Below are positions 15,737-29,315 of a stretch of 64,000 nucleotides of DNA, in pieces. Numbering within the stretch: the first letter of the stretch is position 1; each line of letters starts with the position of its first letter. The position numbers were made by a program, and so were the translations under genes. The notes under the pieces were generated by a model. It was not told where the DNA came from, did not search any database, and saw only the letters and a list, made by a program, of their open reading frames with translations. The stretch comes from Eledone cirrhosa (lineage: Eukaryota): positions 191,952,001-192,016,000 of the forward strand of contig OZ024742.1 in the NCBI GenBank assembly GCA_964016885.1. Direction: 5' to 3'.

Positions 15737-16222
15737 TATATCATAAATCATGCCCTTAGAATTATTAGATAAAATATATACCATTTCCTTTCCCAATTAG
15801 CATAATTAACCATATAAAAAATCAATTAGACCAGGCTATAAGAATCTAATCTTGAGTTTGTCTCCTGATGAGTCTGTTACACTAGGTCCATCCTAACAAT
15901 AGGATATCTAAAAATACGGACGAAACCATGGTAGAGATGTAATTACGGTATGTACACGTTTCTTCTAAGTTTAAATTTACACCTAATTGTGTATGGTTGA
16001 CGGTATATTTAGTCAGTTTCTACATGCTGTTGAAATGTTGGATAAATACTCTATTGGGGTCACCGCGAAGGGGCCGCTTTCGGTTATTTATCAAATATTT
16101 CTTCATAGGAGCCTTTATTCTTATAGCCTGGTCTAATTGATTTTGTATATGGTTAATTATGCTAATTGGGAGAGGAAATGGTATATATTTTATCTAATAA
16201 TTCTAAGGACATGATTTATGAA

Positions 16223-16227
<5 letters not shown>
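15737..16227. repeat. About 110-bp inverted repeats enclosing a hammerhead
   Basis: 15737-15845 versus 16117-16227, TA-flanked. Confidence 0.9.
15859..15939 (+). ncRNA. Minimal type I hammerhead ribozyme motif
   Basis: TCTC-CTGATGA-GTCTGT...ACGGAC-GAAA-CCATGG-TA-GAGA: stems I and II, palindromic stem III, GUA cleavage triplet. Confidence 0.85.
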
Positions 16228-16256
<29 letters not shown>

Positions 16257-16731
16257 ATATATATATAAGGTAACAACTAATAGTGTTGATAAGCGTTAAG
16301 CAGAATCAAGTTTGAAATTATGCATATTTTAAGCTTCTACACAACAGGTTTAATTACAATTTAATCGAGGCAATTAGGGTATATAAAGCCCTTCTGGCTG
16401 TGAAAGCGGTGCAGGTGATATGTTTTATCTGTTCTGCAGATGTTTACATTTTTCGGTTATTTCTTATTTAAACATGTCTTATAACTGCTTACAATAAGCC
16501 AATATACATACATACGTGCCCACGCACGCAGACATATATATATATAGAAGGTAGTTACGTCGGTTTCGAGATGAGTGTTCCAGATTTGCAATCGAAGGAA
16601 CAGCTTGCTCGAGAAATTAACATGTAAATGATTGAGATTTTCACCGTAAAATGTGTCCCTTTAACGTAATTCTCGAGAAGATTCTGTCTAACTCAGTGTA
16701 TGACTTAACTGCACCTTTAAATTACTGGTGA

Positions 16732-17055
16732 AGGCACATATGGATTAGTGGTTAGAGCATTGGGCTTTCAATTAAGAGGTTCTGATTTCGATTCTCGGAC
16801 CGGGTCATGCGTTGTGTCATTGAGCAAGACATTTTAATTCACGTTGCTCCAGTTTACTCAGCTGTAGAAATGAGTTGCGGCGTCATTGGTGCCAGTCATT
16901 GCCTTTCGCTTGGACGACATCGGTGGCGAGAAGAATGGAGACTGGTATGCATGGGCGTCTACTGGTCTTCCACAAAACAAACCTTGCCCAGGCTTGTGCC
17001 TCGGAGGGACATTTTCTATGTGCAAAACCATGGTCATTCTTGATCGAGTGGGGCC
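16732..17055 (+). mobile_element. tRNA-derived SINE, V-SINE-like central domain
   Basis: tRNA-like head (TGGATTAGTGG..TTCGATTC) followed by TTGAGCAAGACA..TTGCTCCAGTTTACTCAGCTGT; related heads at 33775-34019(-) and degenerate 28175-28570. Confidence 0.7.
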
Positions 17056-17404
17056 ATAGAAATTACTGGTGCAGTCAATCCATTGGGCTTCCAAAAACGT
17101 ATGTACGTGATTTCACTTGAAATGTTTGTTTCTGTTATAGTTTTAATGGAGGATAATATCATGGCGTTATTCTTGACATTTGTGGTGGTGTTAATGGTGG
17201 GGAAGTTGATGGTGGCGATGTTGATGGTGGTGGTGTTTATGGTGGTGATCTTGATGGTGGCAATATTCATGGTGGGTCAATTGATGGCGGGGTTGTTGAA
17301 GGTGGGGGTGTTGAGGGTGGGGGTGTCGTTGTTAACTCCACAACATTACTACAACACATCCTCTAATGTAGGTATATCTATATATATTCATTTACACGGC
17401 CATA

Positions 17405-20400
17405 TAACAGCGATTCTTTGCTGAAACTTTAATCTGTTACTAAAAAAGTCAATATGTGAACGCAGAAGTAAATATTTCAAAAAACGTTGCAACCGAAGAA
17501 AGACAGGAAGACGATACTTTGGTTCGTTGAAACGTTCTCTGGCAAAGAACGGAAAAAAAACGAAGATAATACGTCATTATTATACACACATGTATATATA
17601 TTTTTTTATATATGTTTTACGTGTATTTGGTGTATACGTTCATATGTGTGCGGGTACAGGCGTTGCGTGGGTTTTTGTATGTGTGCGCATGTTTTTGGTT
17701 ACGTGCATACCCATGGCGGGTGTTTTCGCGTATGCATGTGTATGTACGTATATGGATGCGTGCATGTATATATTTAATTATTGTTGATTTCAATAACCTC
17801 TGTAATTTATTTAGATTATTCTTAGCTCTGAAGCCGAGAATCATTCGGTTTCCTGAATAGAATTTTAGTCTACGACTTCATTCATACCATAAACGTGGTT
17901 TTGTCTTTGCGTGTAATTGCTCTCAACGTTCCACATAATGAAGTATTATCTTCGTTTTTTTCCATTCATTGCCAGGGAACGTCTCCACGAACCACCTAAT
18001 TTGAATAGTAGTCTACGACTTCATTCATACCATAAACATGGTTTTGACTTTGCGTGTAATCGCTCTCACCGCTCCAAATAATGACGTATTATGTTCGTTT
18101 TTTTACGTTCTTGCCAGGGAACGTTTCCACGAACCAAAGTATAGTCTGCCTGTCTTCCTTCGGTTGCAACGTTTTGGAACTCATACGGTGTATGAAATAT
18201 CGGAATAGCAGCAATTCCTTCCAGCTGGACCTGAAGAATAGAATTCGCTCTATTAATGATTCTAATGCCGTGCATGTCCACTCCGACAAAACTGGCTATC
18301 TATATCAAGTGGAGCGCAGTACTTACCATCAACTGCTATATAATGCTGTAACTAAGGATTACCGTAAAACTAATCGGAGTGTTATTAATGAATGGGTTTA
18401 AAATCACCTCTGATCTCAACGTCATGGACCGGATGAAAATCTGGAACCTATTTCTCCCCACTTTACCCTGAAGGATCACAAATCCAATTTCCCGAACAAC
18501 CCCTCTCCTCAGCTTATTAACCCTACGAAGACCGATTTAGGTAGACTTAGTAAAAGATTTTAGATAGAATTATACCTGAAATTAGAAGCTTGGCCCCTCT
18601 TGCACTGTGGAATAATTCTTTCGCGGTGATTGATTGGTTCAACGGCATATGCAACAAGGAACATTGCCGTTTTATCCAATTCGACATCAATAATTACTAC
18701 TCCTCTTTCACTTTACCACTTCTTCTTAGAGCTATCAATTTCGCTAAAACGCTCACGGTAGTTAAGGATTTCGAAGTTGATGTCATGCTCAATACCCGTA
18801 AGTCGGTGATTAATATCGACGACTTTATTTGGATTTAAAAATCTAATTGTACACGATTCTGCGGAGGTTACTGATCTTATCGGCCTTTTCCTTCTTTTCT
18901 CTATCAACGTGGGCGGTGGTTTGTACCGTGATGACGATCTTTTAACCATGACAAAGTGCGGCCCACATGCTTGCGACAGGTTCAGAAAATAACTCACAGC
19001 CTTCTTTAATGGTTTCAACTATTCCATACAGGTTGAGGCCAACCTCTCGGTCGTTAGTTACCTCGACGTTACCCTCAATTTGTCGAATGGCTTGCACTAC
19101 CTGTATAGAAAGCCGAATGATACGTTTAATTGCATAAGCAAGCATTCTACCCATCTTGCCAGCATAACCAAGAACCTGGTAAGAAACGTTTCTTGAGGCT
19201 TTCCCGTCTATCTACAAACGAGCATATTTCCATCAACCATTCCACATATTACAATGAAGCTCTTGCTCGGAGTGGATTTGTCGATAAGGTAGCATATACC
19301 GAGTATGAGCATAGACCTAGGAAATATACATCTCGACGCATTATATGGTATAACCCACCATATAATATGGAGGTGGCCACAGCATTAGCTAAGATCTTTC
19401 TCTCCCTTATTATGAAGCATTTCCCCCAGTACATAAATATAAAATTTTTAAGAGAAATACCATTAAAATTTCTTACTCTACGACTCCTAACCTTGCACAT
19501 AACATCGCTGCTTCAAATTTAGCTAAATTACCTAGTCGTAGGAACACGTGCAACCCTGTAGCTAGTACTAACTGTAATTGTAGGAATCGACTTGACTGCC
19601 CTCTATCCGGGAAATGCTTCTCTAGTAACATTCTCTACAGAGTGTATTAATATACACACAAGTATATATATTTTTTTATATATGTTTTATGTGTATTTGG
19701 TGCATACGTTCGTATGTGTGCGGGTAGAGGCGATGCGTGAGTTTTTGTATGTGTGCGCGTGTTTTTGTGTACGTGCCTGTATTTGCATACCCATGGTGGT
19801 TGTTTACGCGTATGCATGTGTATGTACGTATATGGATGCGTGCATGTATATATTTAATTATTATTGATTTTAATAACATCTGTAATTTATTTACATTATA
19901 CTTAACTCTGAAGCTGAGAATCATTCGGTTTCCTAAATAGAATTTTAGTCTACGACTTCAGTTATACCATAAGCGTGGTTTTGTCTTTGCGTGTAATTGC
20001 TCTCAACGTTCCAGATAATGACGTATTATCTTCGTTTTTTTCGTTCATTGCCAGGAAACGTCTCCGCGAACCACCTAATAGAATATTAGTCTACGAATTC
20101 ATTTATACCATAAACGTGGTTTTGTCTTTGCGTGTAATTGTTTTCACCGCTCCAAATAATGACGTATTATGTTCGTTTGTTTACGTTCTTTGCCAGGGAA
20201 CGTTTCCACGAACCAAAGTATCGTCTGCCTGTCTTCCTTCGGTTGCAACGTTTTTCGAAAAATTTACTACTGCGTTCACAGATTGATTTTTAGTTTCAGA
20301 AGATGCCATTAAGGGTGAAAGCAGCGATTCTTTGCTTAAACTTTAATATGTTATTTTAATAAATATTTGCTCTACGGTTCTGATATATAGTTATCCTTAT

Positions 20401-20440
20401 CGAGCCCTCTTTGGATTTTAGTCTTCAAAGTTATTATTAT

Positions 20441-20445
<5 letters not shown>
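17405..20445 (+). mobile_element. Degraded Penelope-like element with direct pLTRs and a 5' inverted segment
   Basis: About 600-bp direct repeats 17582-18176 and 19650-20255 flank RT relics (SDKT, TLKDHK..LINP, WFNGI..FIQFDI, GLYRDD, YLDVTLNL, IIWYNPPY, CNCRNRLDCPLSGKC). 17445-17582 is an inverted copy of the pLTR end. Confidence 0.9.
18180..19645 (+). pseudogene. Penelope-type reverse transcriptase relic
   Basis: Frameshifted ORF pieces 18081-18401, 18590-18838 and 19130-19522 carry PLE RT/thumb motifs; the GIY-YIG domain is absent after the Cys linker. Confidence 0.88.
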
Positions 20446-20497
<52 letters not shown>

Positions 20498-20813
20498 CAA
20501 GGTTTAGCAAATAAGAGAATGTTTCAAAATAAATAAAAAAATTCACTGTACTTACTATGGCTACCTTTACCGAATCGGTTACGAGTCTCAAAAATAAATG
20601 TAAAGTCCTTCGGGCTTCCATTGAAAAGATAAACTCTCGTCAGAAGGTTCTTTTCACTTGGAGAATATAAAATTCCCGAGTTCAAATTACGAACTGGCGC
20701 TATTCAAAATTGTTCCCGAGGTAGGAATGAATGATGTGGAAGCAATTCTGTCCAGTGCCGTGTGTAAAGATAGAAGCAGAGGCAGGGAGGGCAGTCTACT
20801 ACCACTATAAATA

Positions 20814-20946
<133 letters not shown>

Positions 20947-21193
20947 TAAGGCGGGGAGTAAATTGCTCTGATGATCGCCAACAGCGTGAAACAGACAGTT
21001 TGTTGGCTTCTCTCCATTATTTCGCCGAAGAAAAGAAGTAAGTGACATAGTCACTACTTTAAAACTGATAGCGTATGGTCTTCAAATGCTTTTAATTAAG
21101 CATACGGTATATTGCCAAATATACTATACATACATACATGTATACATCTCTATTTCAGAGCACCAATCCTAATACCTAATTTTTTAACACCAA

Positions 21194-22605
21194 TCTATAT
21201 ATATAAAACTGAGGTTGTCTGTCTGCCTGTCTGTCATTATGTCTGTCTGTCTACTAAAACGGTCGGCACACATCTACTCCTAAACCATACGTTCAAATGT
21301 CGGTGAAATTGCTATATTTATAGATGAAGGTCCGGCGGAGACATCGGTCAAAAAAATATTCAAATCGACTCTCGCCAAGGGCAAAGATCAAATTTGTAAT
21401 ATATTGATTTTTCAGTTCAAATGTATAAATAGAGATGAGAGACGAGTTATCTACCTTTTATGGCGTCATTTGTTTATCTATTTACGTTGCGAACGAACTG
21501 CGCATGCAAAAGAATAAAAAATACACGAACAGTTTTCGGGCCAGCAAAATTTTAACCTGCAAAATTCATGAGTTCGAAGTTTCAACAGTAAGCATCCATT
21601 TTGCTTCATTTATATATATAAAACTAAAGTTGTTTGTCTGTTTGTCTGTCTACTAAAACGGTCGGCACACATCTCCTCCTAAACCATACGTTCAAATTTC
21701 GGTGAAATTGCTACATTTATAGATGAAGGTCGGGGGGAGACATCGGTCAAAAAATGTTCAAGTCGACCCAGGCCAAGGGCAAAAATCGAATTTGTAATGT
21801 ATTGATTTTTCAGTTCCAATGTATAAATAGAGATGAGAGACGACTTTTTTCCCTTTTATGGCGTCATTTGCTTATCTATTTATGTTACGTATAAACGACG
21901 CGTGGAAAAGTACAAAAATACACAAACAACTTTCGAGCCAACAAAATTTTAACCTGCAAAATTCATGAGTTCAAAATTTCAACATTAAGCTTCCATTTTG
22001 CTTCATTTCCATTAAAAAGTCTTTTAAAACAATATTTTTACTTGAAAACAAGCCTATTTGAATACACCGTAAAACAAGCAAATATTTTGTAAAAAAAGCA
22101 TTCATCTCGAATAAAGCCTTATGAGATTTTCATTTAGAAGCAATGATTTTAAACGACAGACAGATAACGCATATTTTTTGGTTTGGTTTTTCATGTCCAT
22201 CCAATTTCTTTGTTTCAAAATAACTGATAGTTTGGTTACGCTGATGTTTTTTTCTCTGAGACAAGTGTTGCAGTGTTTACATTTTCGATTTGTTAATAGA
22301 TTACCAGTGCAGTTTGTATCCCCGGCATCCTCTTTTGTTTTAACATTCGGGTTATGATTATGTTTTCTTAACTTCATAAGGCATACTGTTGGTTGAGGGA
22401 ATATTAATCAAAAGTACCGCATGAAAGTCTACACTGTAGACTCTACAGTTTTTAAGCCAAGAAAGGAACTTAACATTGTAACTTTAACACAGCTACTGAG
22501 CAGCCCGAGCAACACCGGGCTTTACTGCTAGTTTCCATTAAAAAGTCTTTTTAAACAATATTTTTACTTGAAAACAAGCAAATATTTTTTTTTTAAAGGC
22601 ATTGA

Positions 22606-22645
<40 letters not shown>

Positions 22646-22801
22646 TATAATCTCGAATAAAGTCTTATGACAATTTCATTTAGTTACTACATGAAAGTCT
22701 ACACTGTAGACTCTACACTTTTTAAGCCAAGAAAAGAACTTACATTGTAACTTTAACACAGCTACTGAGCAGCCCCGCGCAACGCCGGGCTATACTGCTA
22801 G
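21194..22801 (+). mobile_element. Non-autonomous Helitron (outer copy, split by a nested copy)
   Basis: A|TCTATATATATAAAA 5' end; 3' hairpin GCCCCGCGCAACGCCGGGC then CTAG|T; no TSD; flanks rejoin as CACCAA|TCCTAATA. Confidence 0.9.
21609..22531 (+). mobile_element. Non-autonomous Helitron (inner copy, same family)
   Basis: Repeats the 5' about 415 bp of the outer copy; ends GCCCGAGCAACACCGGGC..CTAG|T; inserted at TTGCTTCA|TTTCCATT of the outer copy. Confidence 0.9.
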
Positions 22802-22803
22802 TC

Positions 22804-22879
<76 letters not shown>

Positions 22880-22880
<1 letters not shown>

Positions 22881-23011
22881 TCGGAGCTGCTCAGTAGCTG
22901 TGTTAAAGTTACAATGTTAAGTTCCTTTCTTGGCTTAAAAACTGTAGTCTACAGTGTAGACTTTCATGTGGTACTTTTGATTAATATTCCCTCAAACAAC
23001 AGTATACCTTA
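22880..23011 (-). mobile_element. Inverted fragment of the same Helitron 3' region
   Basis: Reverse complement of about 22376-22510, lying between two (TA)n tracts. Confidence 0.85.
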
Positions 23012-23860
23012 TATATATATATATATGACGTCTACCCCCTCGTTATCGAGTATGGCCATTGCACTATATTCCACTATTAATAATTATTAATTCATTCTAT
23101 TGTGCAATGCCTGTGCGTGAAGATATTTTTAAAGTGAGGAGAGACTGTGCACTGAGCCAATCCAACTCTCTGAGCGACATTAGCTATAACCTGAAAAGAA
23201 GAAAAGATCAACATCATCGGTAACGACTGAGCCGCAGGTTTTATATAGGAGGTATCCCAGTTTCCTGAGTTACCTTCTCCTAGAAGAATGCCCTGACAAA
23301 GGCTAGGGGTCTTTCACTCCCAGGAGTTAAAACAGCGCGTGTCCAGCCTGACTATTTCTATGTCCCTGCGCATATACATACACATGCACCCATGTATATA
23401 CACATATACATATACATACATATGTACATGTGTATATATACATATTTACATACTTTTGGATGGACGTTGACTCTTATGAGTTCTTCCGCCCTTTGTCAGG
23501 TTTTGTTTTTTGTCCTGCAGGACAAGTAAACTTTGTGTGGTTGCCGGTTTAGTCGCAGACGACGCAACCATGCGACTTGTTGTACTGGGTTACATGTTAC
23601 CAGTAGCACGGAACCTGAACTGTTAAGGTCTGATTCCGGGATATGTCACTATTTATAAAACAAATTTTGTATTTTATCTGATGAAAGCGTACCAAAGTGT
23701 TGGTACCCTTGAAATATATATGATAGAATAAATATGGTTTTATAAATATAGTTTCCATTTATTAATATCATTGATGTTATACTCCAGAAAAATCTGTCTA
23801 GAACTTCGAATCTGTTATAAATATATTTTTGGAATTACCAATGAATTAAATATCTCTTTG

Positions 23861-23934
<74 letters not shown>

Positions 23935-23941
<7 letters not shown>

Positions 23942-24423
23942 ATACTTTGGGAGGGTCATGTTGTCAATAAGAAACACACGCACCAGTTGCTTTCATTCCA
24001 ATTTATTATAAATTAAATTTATAAATTTGAGAATTTATAAATTTCCGGTTGGATGGTTCCATAACCGGACGGTTATTCATATATTGTCAAAGTTGTTTCG
24101 TCACACATTCTGTGACCTCTTCAGTGACTTGGGATTATTTTCTTTGTTTTGTGCCTCTCCTTTGTCCCCAAGTCACTGAAGAGGTCACAGAATGTGTGAC
24201 GAAAGAACTTTGACAATAGATGAACAACCGTCCGGTTAGGGAACCATCCCACCGGAAATTTATAAATTCTTAAATTTATAAATGTTATTTATAATAAATT
24301 GGAGTGAAAGCAACTGGTGCGTGTGTTTGTTATTGGCAACATGACACTCCCAAAGCATAACAATATAGGTTTCAACACACGTTTTCAGATACAGAATCTT
24401 GCTAAACAAATTCAGAAACGAAA
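23935..24423 (+). mobile_element. Family D fold-back element (about 200-bp inverted repeat + tail)
   Basis: 23935-24140 is the reverse complement of about 24165-24365; a shorter copy with the same ends lies at 61775-61965; TA-flanked. Confidence 0.9.
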
Positions 24424-24428
24424 TATAT

Positions 24429-24536
<108 letters not shown>

Positions 24537-24592
24537 CACACACACATATATATATATACATATATACATATATATATATATATTGAGAATAG

Positions 24593-24674
24593 ACTCCCTG
24601 ATGACGTAATGAATTCTTGATGGTTACATTGCGTAACTATCTTTATCCCATTACAGAAACTAATTAGTTGGAGT
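24593..24674 (+). ncRNA. Type I hammerhead ribozyme motif with extended stem II
   Basis: ACTCC-CTGATGA-c-GTAATG..GATGGTTAC/GTAACTATC..CATTAC-a-GAAA-CTAATTAG-TT-GGAGT. Confidence 0.8.
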
Positions 24675-24926
24675 GAAAATTTTAGTAAGTTAATTTTTAA
24701 TTTTTAAAATGTTCTTATTTAACGTCTTTCATATATATATATATACATAGAAGTTGTGGTAAGGAACCAGATGGACCATAACGCACCAGAGTACCCAATA
24801 CTTAGGGTAGTAGAGTGAGTAATAGGAAAATGTATGACCCTGACGGCAGAGCTCAAGCCGTTTCGACGGGTATTTCTGGAATAGCCAGAAATGGCTTGAG
24901 CTCCGCCGCCGGGAACATACATTTTC

Positions 24927-24998
<72 letters not shown>

Positions 24999-25650
24999 GA
25001 ATGTATGTATAGTATATTTGGCAATATACCGTATGTTTACTTAAAAACATTTTGAAGACCATACACAATTGGTTTTAAAGTATGTCACTTACTTCTTTTC
25101 GGCGAAAGAAGGGAGAGAAGCTAACAGTCTATTTCACTCTGTTGGTGTTCATCAGAGCCTCGCACTCCCCACTCTCGCCGAAAATTATAGAAGCTGGATT
25201 CCTATAGAATTCCAGTAATAATCAGGAGCTGATTATACAGAGCGATTGCCGGTCCAGCAAAAATTAGGTATTAGGATTGGTGCTCTGAAATAGCAGTCTA
25301 TACATGAATGTATGTATAGTATATTTGACAATATACCGTATGTTTAATTAAAAACATTTTGAAGACCATACGCTATCGGTTTTAAAGTAGTGACTATGTC
25401 ACTTACTTCTTATAGAAGCTGGACCGGCAATCGCTCTGTATAATCAGCTCCTGATTATTACTTGAATTCTATAAGATTCCAACTCCTATAATTTTCGGCG
25501 AATGCGGGGAGTGCGGGATGTAAGTGACTATGTCACTACTTTAAAACCGATAGCGTATGTCTTCAAAATGTTTTTAATTAAACATACGGTATGTTACCAA
25601 ATATACTATACATACATTCATGCATACATCGCTATTTCAGAGCACCAATC

Positions 25651-25694
<44 letters not shown>

Positions 25695-26982
25695 GGTGCT
25701 GGAGACGTTATTTTAAGTTCATTGACAACAACTATGCTATTAAAGATATTAATAATAAAACAATGTATTCTCCCATGACCGGTGAAGCTACCACTACCAC
25801 ATCCTACTACCAACAATTTCAGCAACAACAAATACAACGGCATCTAAATGTTCGAATAAAATGTAAAATAGATTTGTTTTATCGTTTTTTGTATGTGTTT
25901 TAATAACATACAAAATAAATAATTGCTATTGTTAGCTCTTCTTTCCCTTCCCTTAAACTGTTGGCCTTGTGTCTAAATCAGAAACCATTATCTGCGGTGG
26001 ATTGGCAGTATCGGTAGAGGCTCCGACGCCATGCTTTGACGCATAGAGTTACGGCCCTTGCCAGTCTGAGTTCAAATCCTTCCAAGGTTAACTTTACCTT
26101 TCATCCTTACGGAGTCGATAAAATAAAGTACCAGTAATACACTGGTAATTGCTGGCCTTGTGCCAAAAGTAGAAACAATTATTAGCTCTTTACACATCGT
26201 CGAAGGGTGGCTTTTTTGTATTTGCCTCTTCCTTGTTGCTAACAGTAAAGTTTATTAATTGTTTCTACTTTCGGCACAAGGCCAGCAACTAACCAGTGCA
26301 TTACTGGTACTTTATTTTATCGACCCCGTAAGGATGAAAGGCAAAGTCAACCTCGGCGGGATTTGAACTCAGATCGTAAAGGGACGTAACTATGCTGGAA
26401 AGCATGGTGTTTGACCCTCCACCGATACTGCCAATCCAGTTTATTAATGTCCCTCAATCGTATTTTATCTTTCCATTGCCGTTCAGCTTCATAAGCTGGA
26501 AGTGACAACCATGTGTTAAACAATTTGAAAATAATCCTCCGTAAAAAGAAAAGGAAATGAAAAAAATAAAAACAAATACTTCTTTAAAATCACGCATTAA
26601 AAAATAAAGTAAGCAGACGATAATGAAATATTTAGAACGCTGGTGATGGCAGGCAAGAAAAATTGAAAGAAAGATGTTTAATTTCCAGTCTGGATTAATG
26701 GTTAATATAAAATAAATCATGTAAAAAGCTTTTTTTTTTTCCAGGGCATTGAATCGTCAGGAAAAAAATGAAGATTCCACATAGTTTCCTTCAATCATCT
26801 TTGAAATTCCCCAAGAGTAAACTTTACTTTTCGTCTTGTCAAGATCGATGAAATAAGTAATTGTAAATAATATACTGGGGAATTTTCAATAGATTAATTT
26901 CCTGCTCTGCAAAGTCGTGTATTTTTTATATACGCGCAAACATATATACATACATACACACTCATATACATGTGTATATATA

Positions 26983-27040
<58 letters not shown>

Positions 27041-27160
27041 ATTAATTTTCGTAAAATGTACTTCAGCTTAAGATACAAAAGAAATACATAGTCTACATGT
27101 TGTAAATACAATAGTCTTACATTATAAATACCGGAAAATGAGTGATGGGAGAATAAAGCT

Positions 27161-27192
<32 letters not shown>

Positions 27193-27415
27193 TATATATA
27201 TATACAAAGGTTTTAAATTAAAAAGGAAAAATGTATTAGGGATATTTGAAATGTGAGAGTTACATATCGCAAATGACGAAAGTAATAGTAGTTCACTATA
27301 TATAAAAGTCGACAAAAACTCGAATGAACTTCATGTGGAGACGGAAGAAGTGGACAGTGACTCTTCTAACTATATACGCCGGCTCCTAGCGTATGTGAAT
27401 ATATCTATCTTTCTT

Positions 27416-27513
<98 letters not shown>

Positions 27514-27615
27514 CATATATATATATATACATACACACTCATATACATGTGTGTGTATTGTACAAAACTCACCTCCTACATATATATATATATATATATA
27601 TATAAATATGAGTGC

Positions 27616-27676
<61 letters not shown>

Positions 27677-29075
27677 CGCATGTATGTATATATACAAATA
27701 ATATATGAAAGGCCAGGGAATTTGAGGCAGAAACGAAACTGTGGGGGGAGGTTAGAGGCAACTGGGAGAAAACTGGGTGACGTGAGAAGTATATATATAT
27801 ATATAAAATTCAAGAGATGCATCATAAATCGCTCCACATTTAGCCTATATAATTATGTAAATAAGTGTTTATATTGTCTCCCTTTCACTCACTGCCTCCG
27901 TCTCTCCCGCTCTCCCAATCTCTCACTATTATAAGCAAATGCGATCCTACGCGCTGGCCGCCCTGCAGCTCCAGCTGACAGAATAAAGAAGGCGTTTCAG
28001 CGGAGGTTGGTGAGGAAGACTCATTGCAAGTTTTATTTAATGATTTCAATGGAATGCGTACTTGGGAAGAGCAATAATTTGACGGAATCATTATTCTTTT
28101 TTTTCCCCATTATATTAGTTTGTGATTTGAAGTAGATTACGCTTCTTTTTTTAAGTTGAAGCGTTGTGTCTTATTATTTAGGGTGTTCAACTCACGATGG
28201 TGAGTCTGGGATTTCGATTCCTAGATGTACATTATGTTCTTAAGCAAGTCATTTTACATAACATTGCGCCAGTACACTTAGCTGGCCCAAAGCGAGCTGT
28301 GGTCCTGTTTCAAACGGCCAACCTTTTCAGACAGTATGTCGCGCTGAAACTGGTTGAAAATTAGGTTAAAGCTGCATGTGTTTCAGAAATACCCAGCTAC
28401 GTACTCACTAAAATATATGATGGACTGTACATGTAATTCAAATAGGCAGCATTGTCACACGTCTGTCATGCAGAAGGTTCCTGAAAACTATGCTAACGGT
28501 ACATATATCTTCTCAGCCACTTGTTAAAGTTGACAAGAAGGAAGTTCAATGTGAGCAACTGGAACACTCTACGGGGCCACAATAGATCATCCAACATCAA
28601 CAATACGTCACATTTCAATCATAATGAAACCTTAAAATGTTGAGCTGTGTTTATTCTATGAATACAAAGCATGATGAAGAATTTTCCGACGATATATGTA
28701 TTGGCTTATGATGAAATCATACTGGATAAATAGACAGTAATTTATTTTCAGCGGACCTCAGATAAGTATATATGCTAAGAATGTTACACACACACAGAGA
28801 CACACACTCACATAAACGCGCGCACACACACACGCACCCACACACCCACACACCAACCCACACACACACACACACATACACACAAACACGCACACACACA
28901 CACGCACACACACACACAAACATTTATATATATATATATATGTATATACACACATAGTTTACGTATTATGCATTCTCTGTGTGTGTATATATATATATAT
29001 ACTCGTATATATACACTCATTTACATGGGCATATAACTATATTTATTTTCTTAAAGACACTCATTTGTGTATATG

Positions 29076-29106
<31 letters not shown>

Positions 29107-29254
29107 CCATAATTTGATAGATGTATGTGTGTGTGTACACCTATATATGGTCATGCCGATAGCCATGAAGGATTCTTTTCTTACGACACGAATATCATTT
29201 CATTTTTTTCCGTTCTCCGTTTCTCGACGGTTTTATTCAAAAATGACTACATAA

Positions 29255-29315
<61 letters not shown>

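Noticed and set aside
17083-17424. Hydrophobic 113-aa ORF
   Set aside because: Translation of a GTTGATGGTGG-type low-complexity repeat.
25994-26180. A/B boxes as tRNA genes
   Set aside because: No cloverleaf; they continue into SINE bodies repeated many times.
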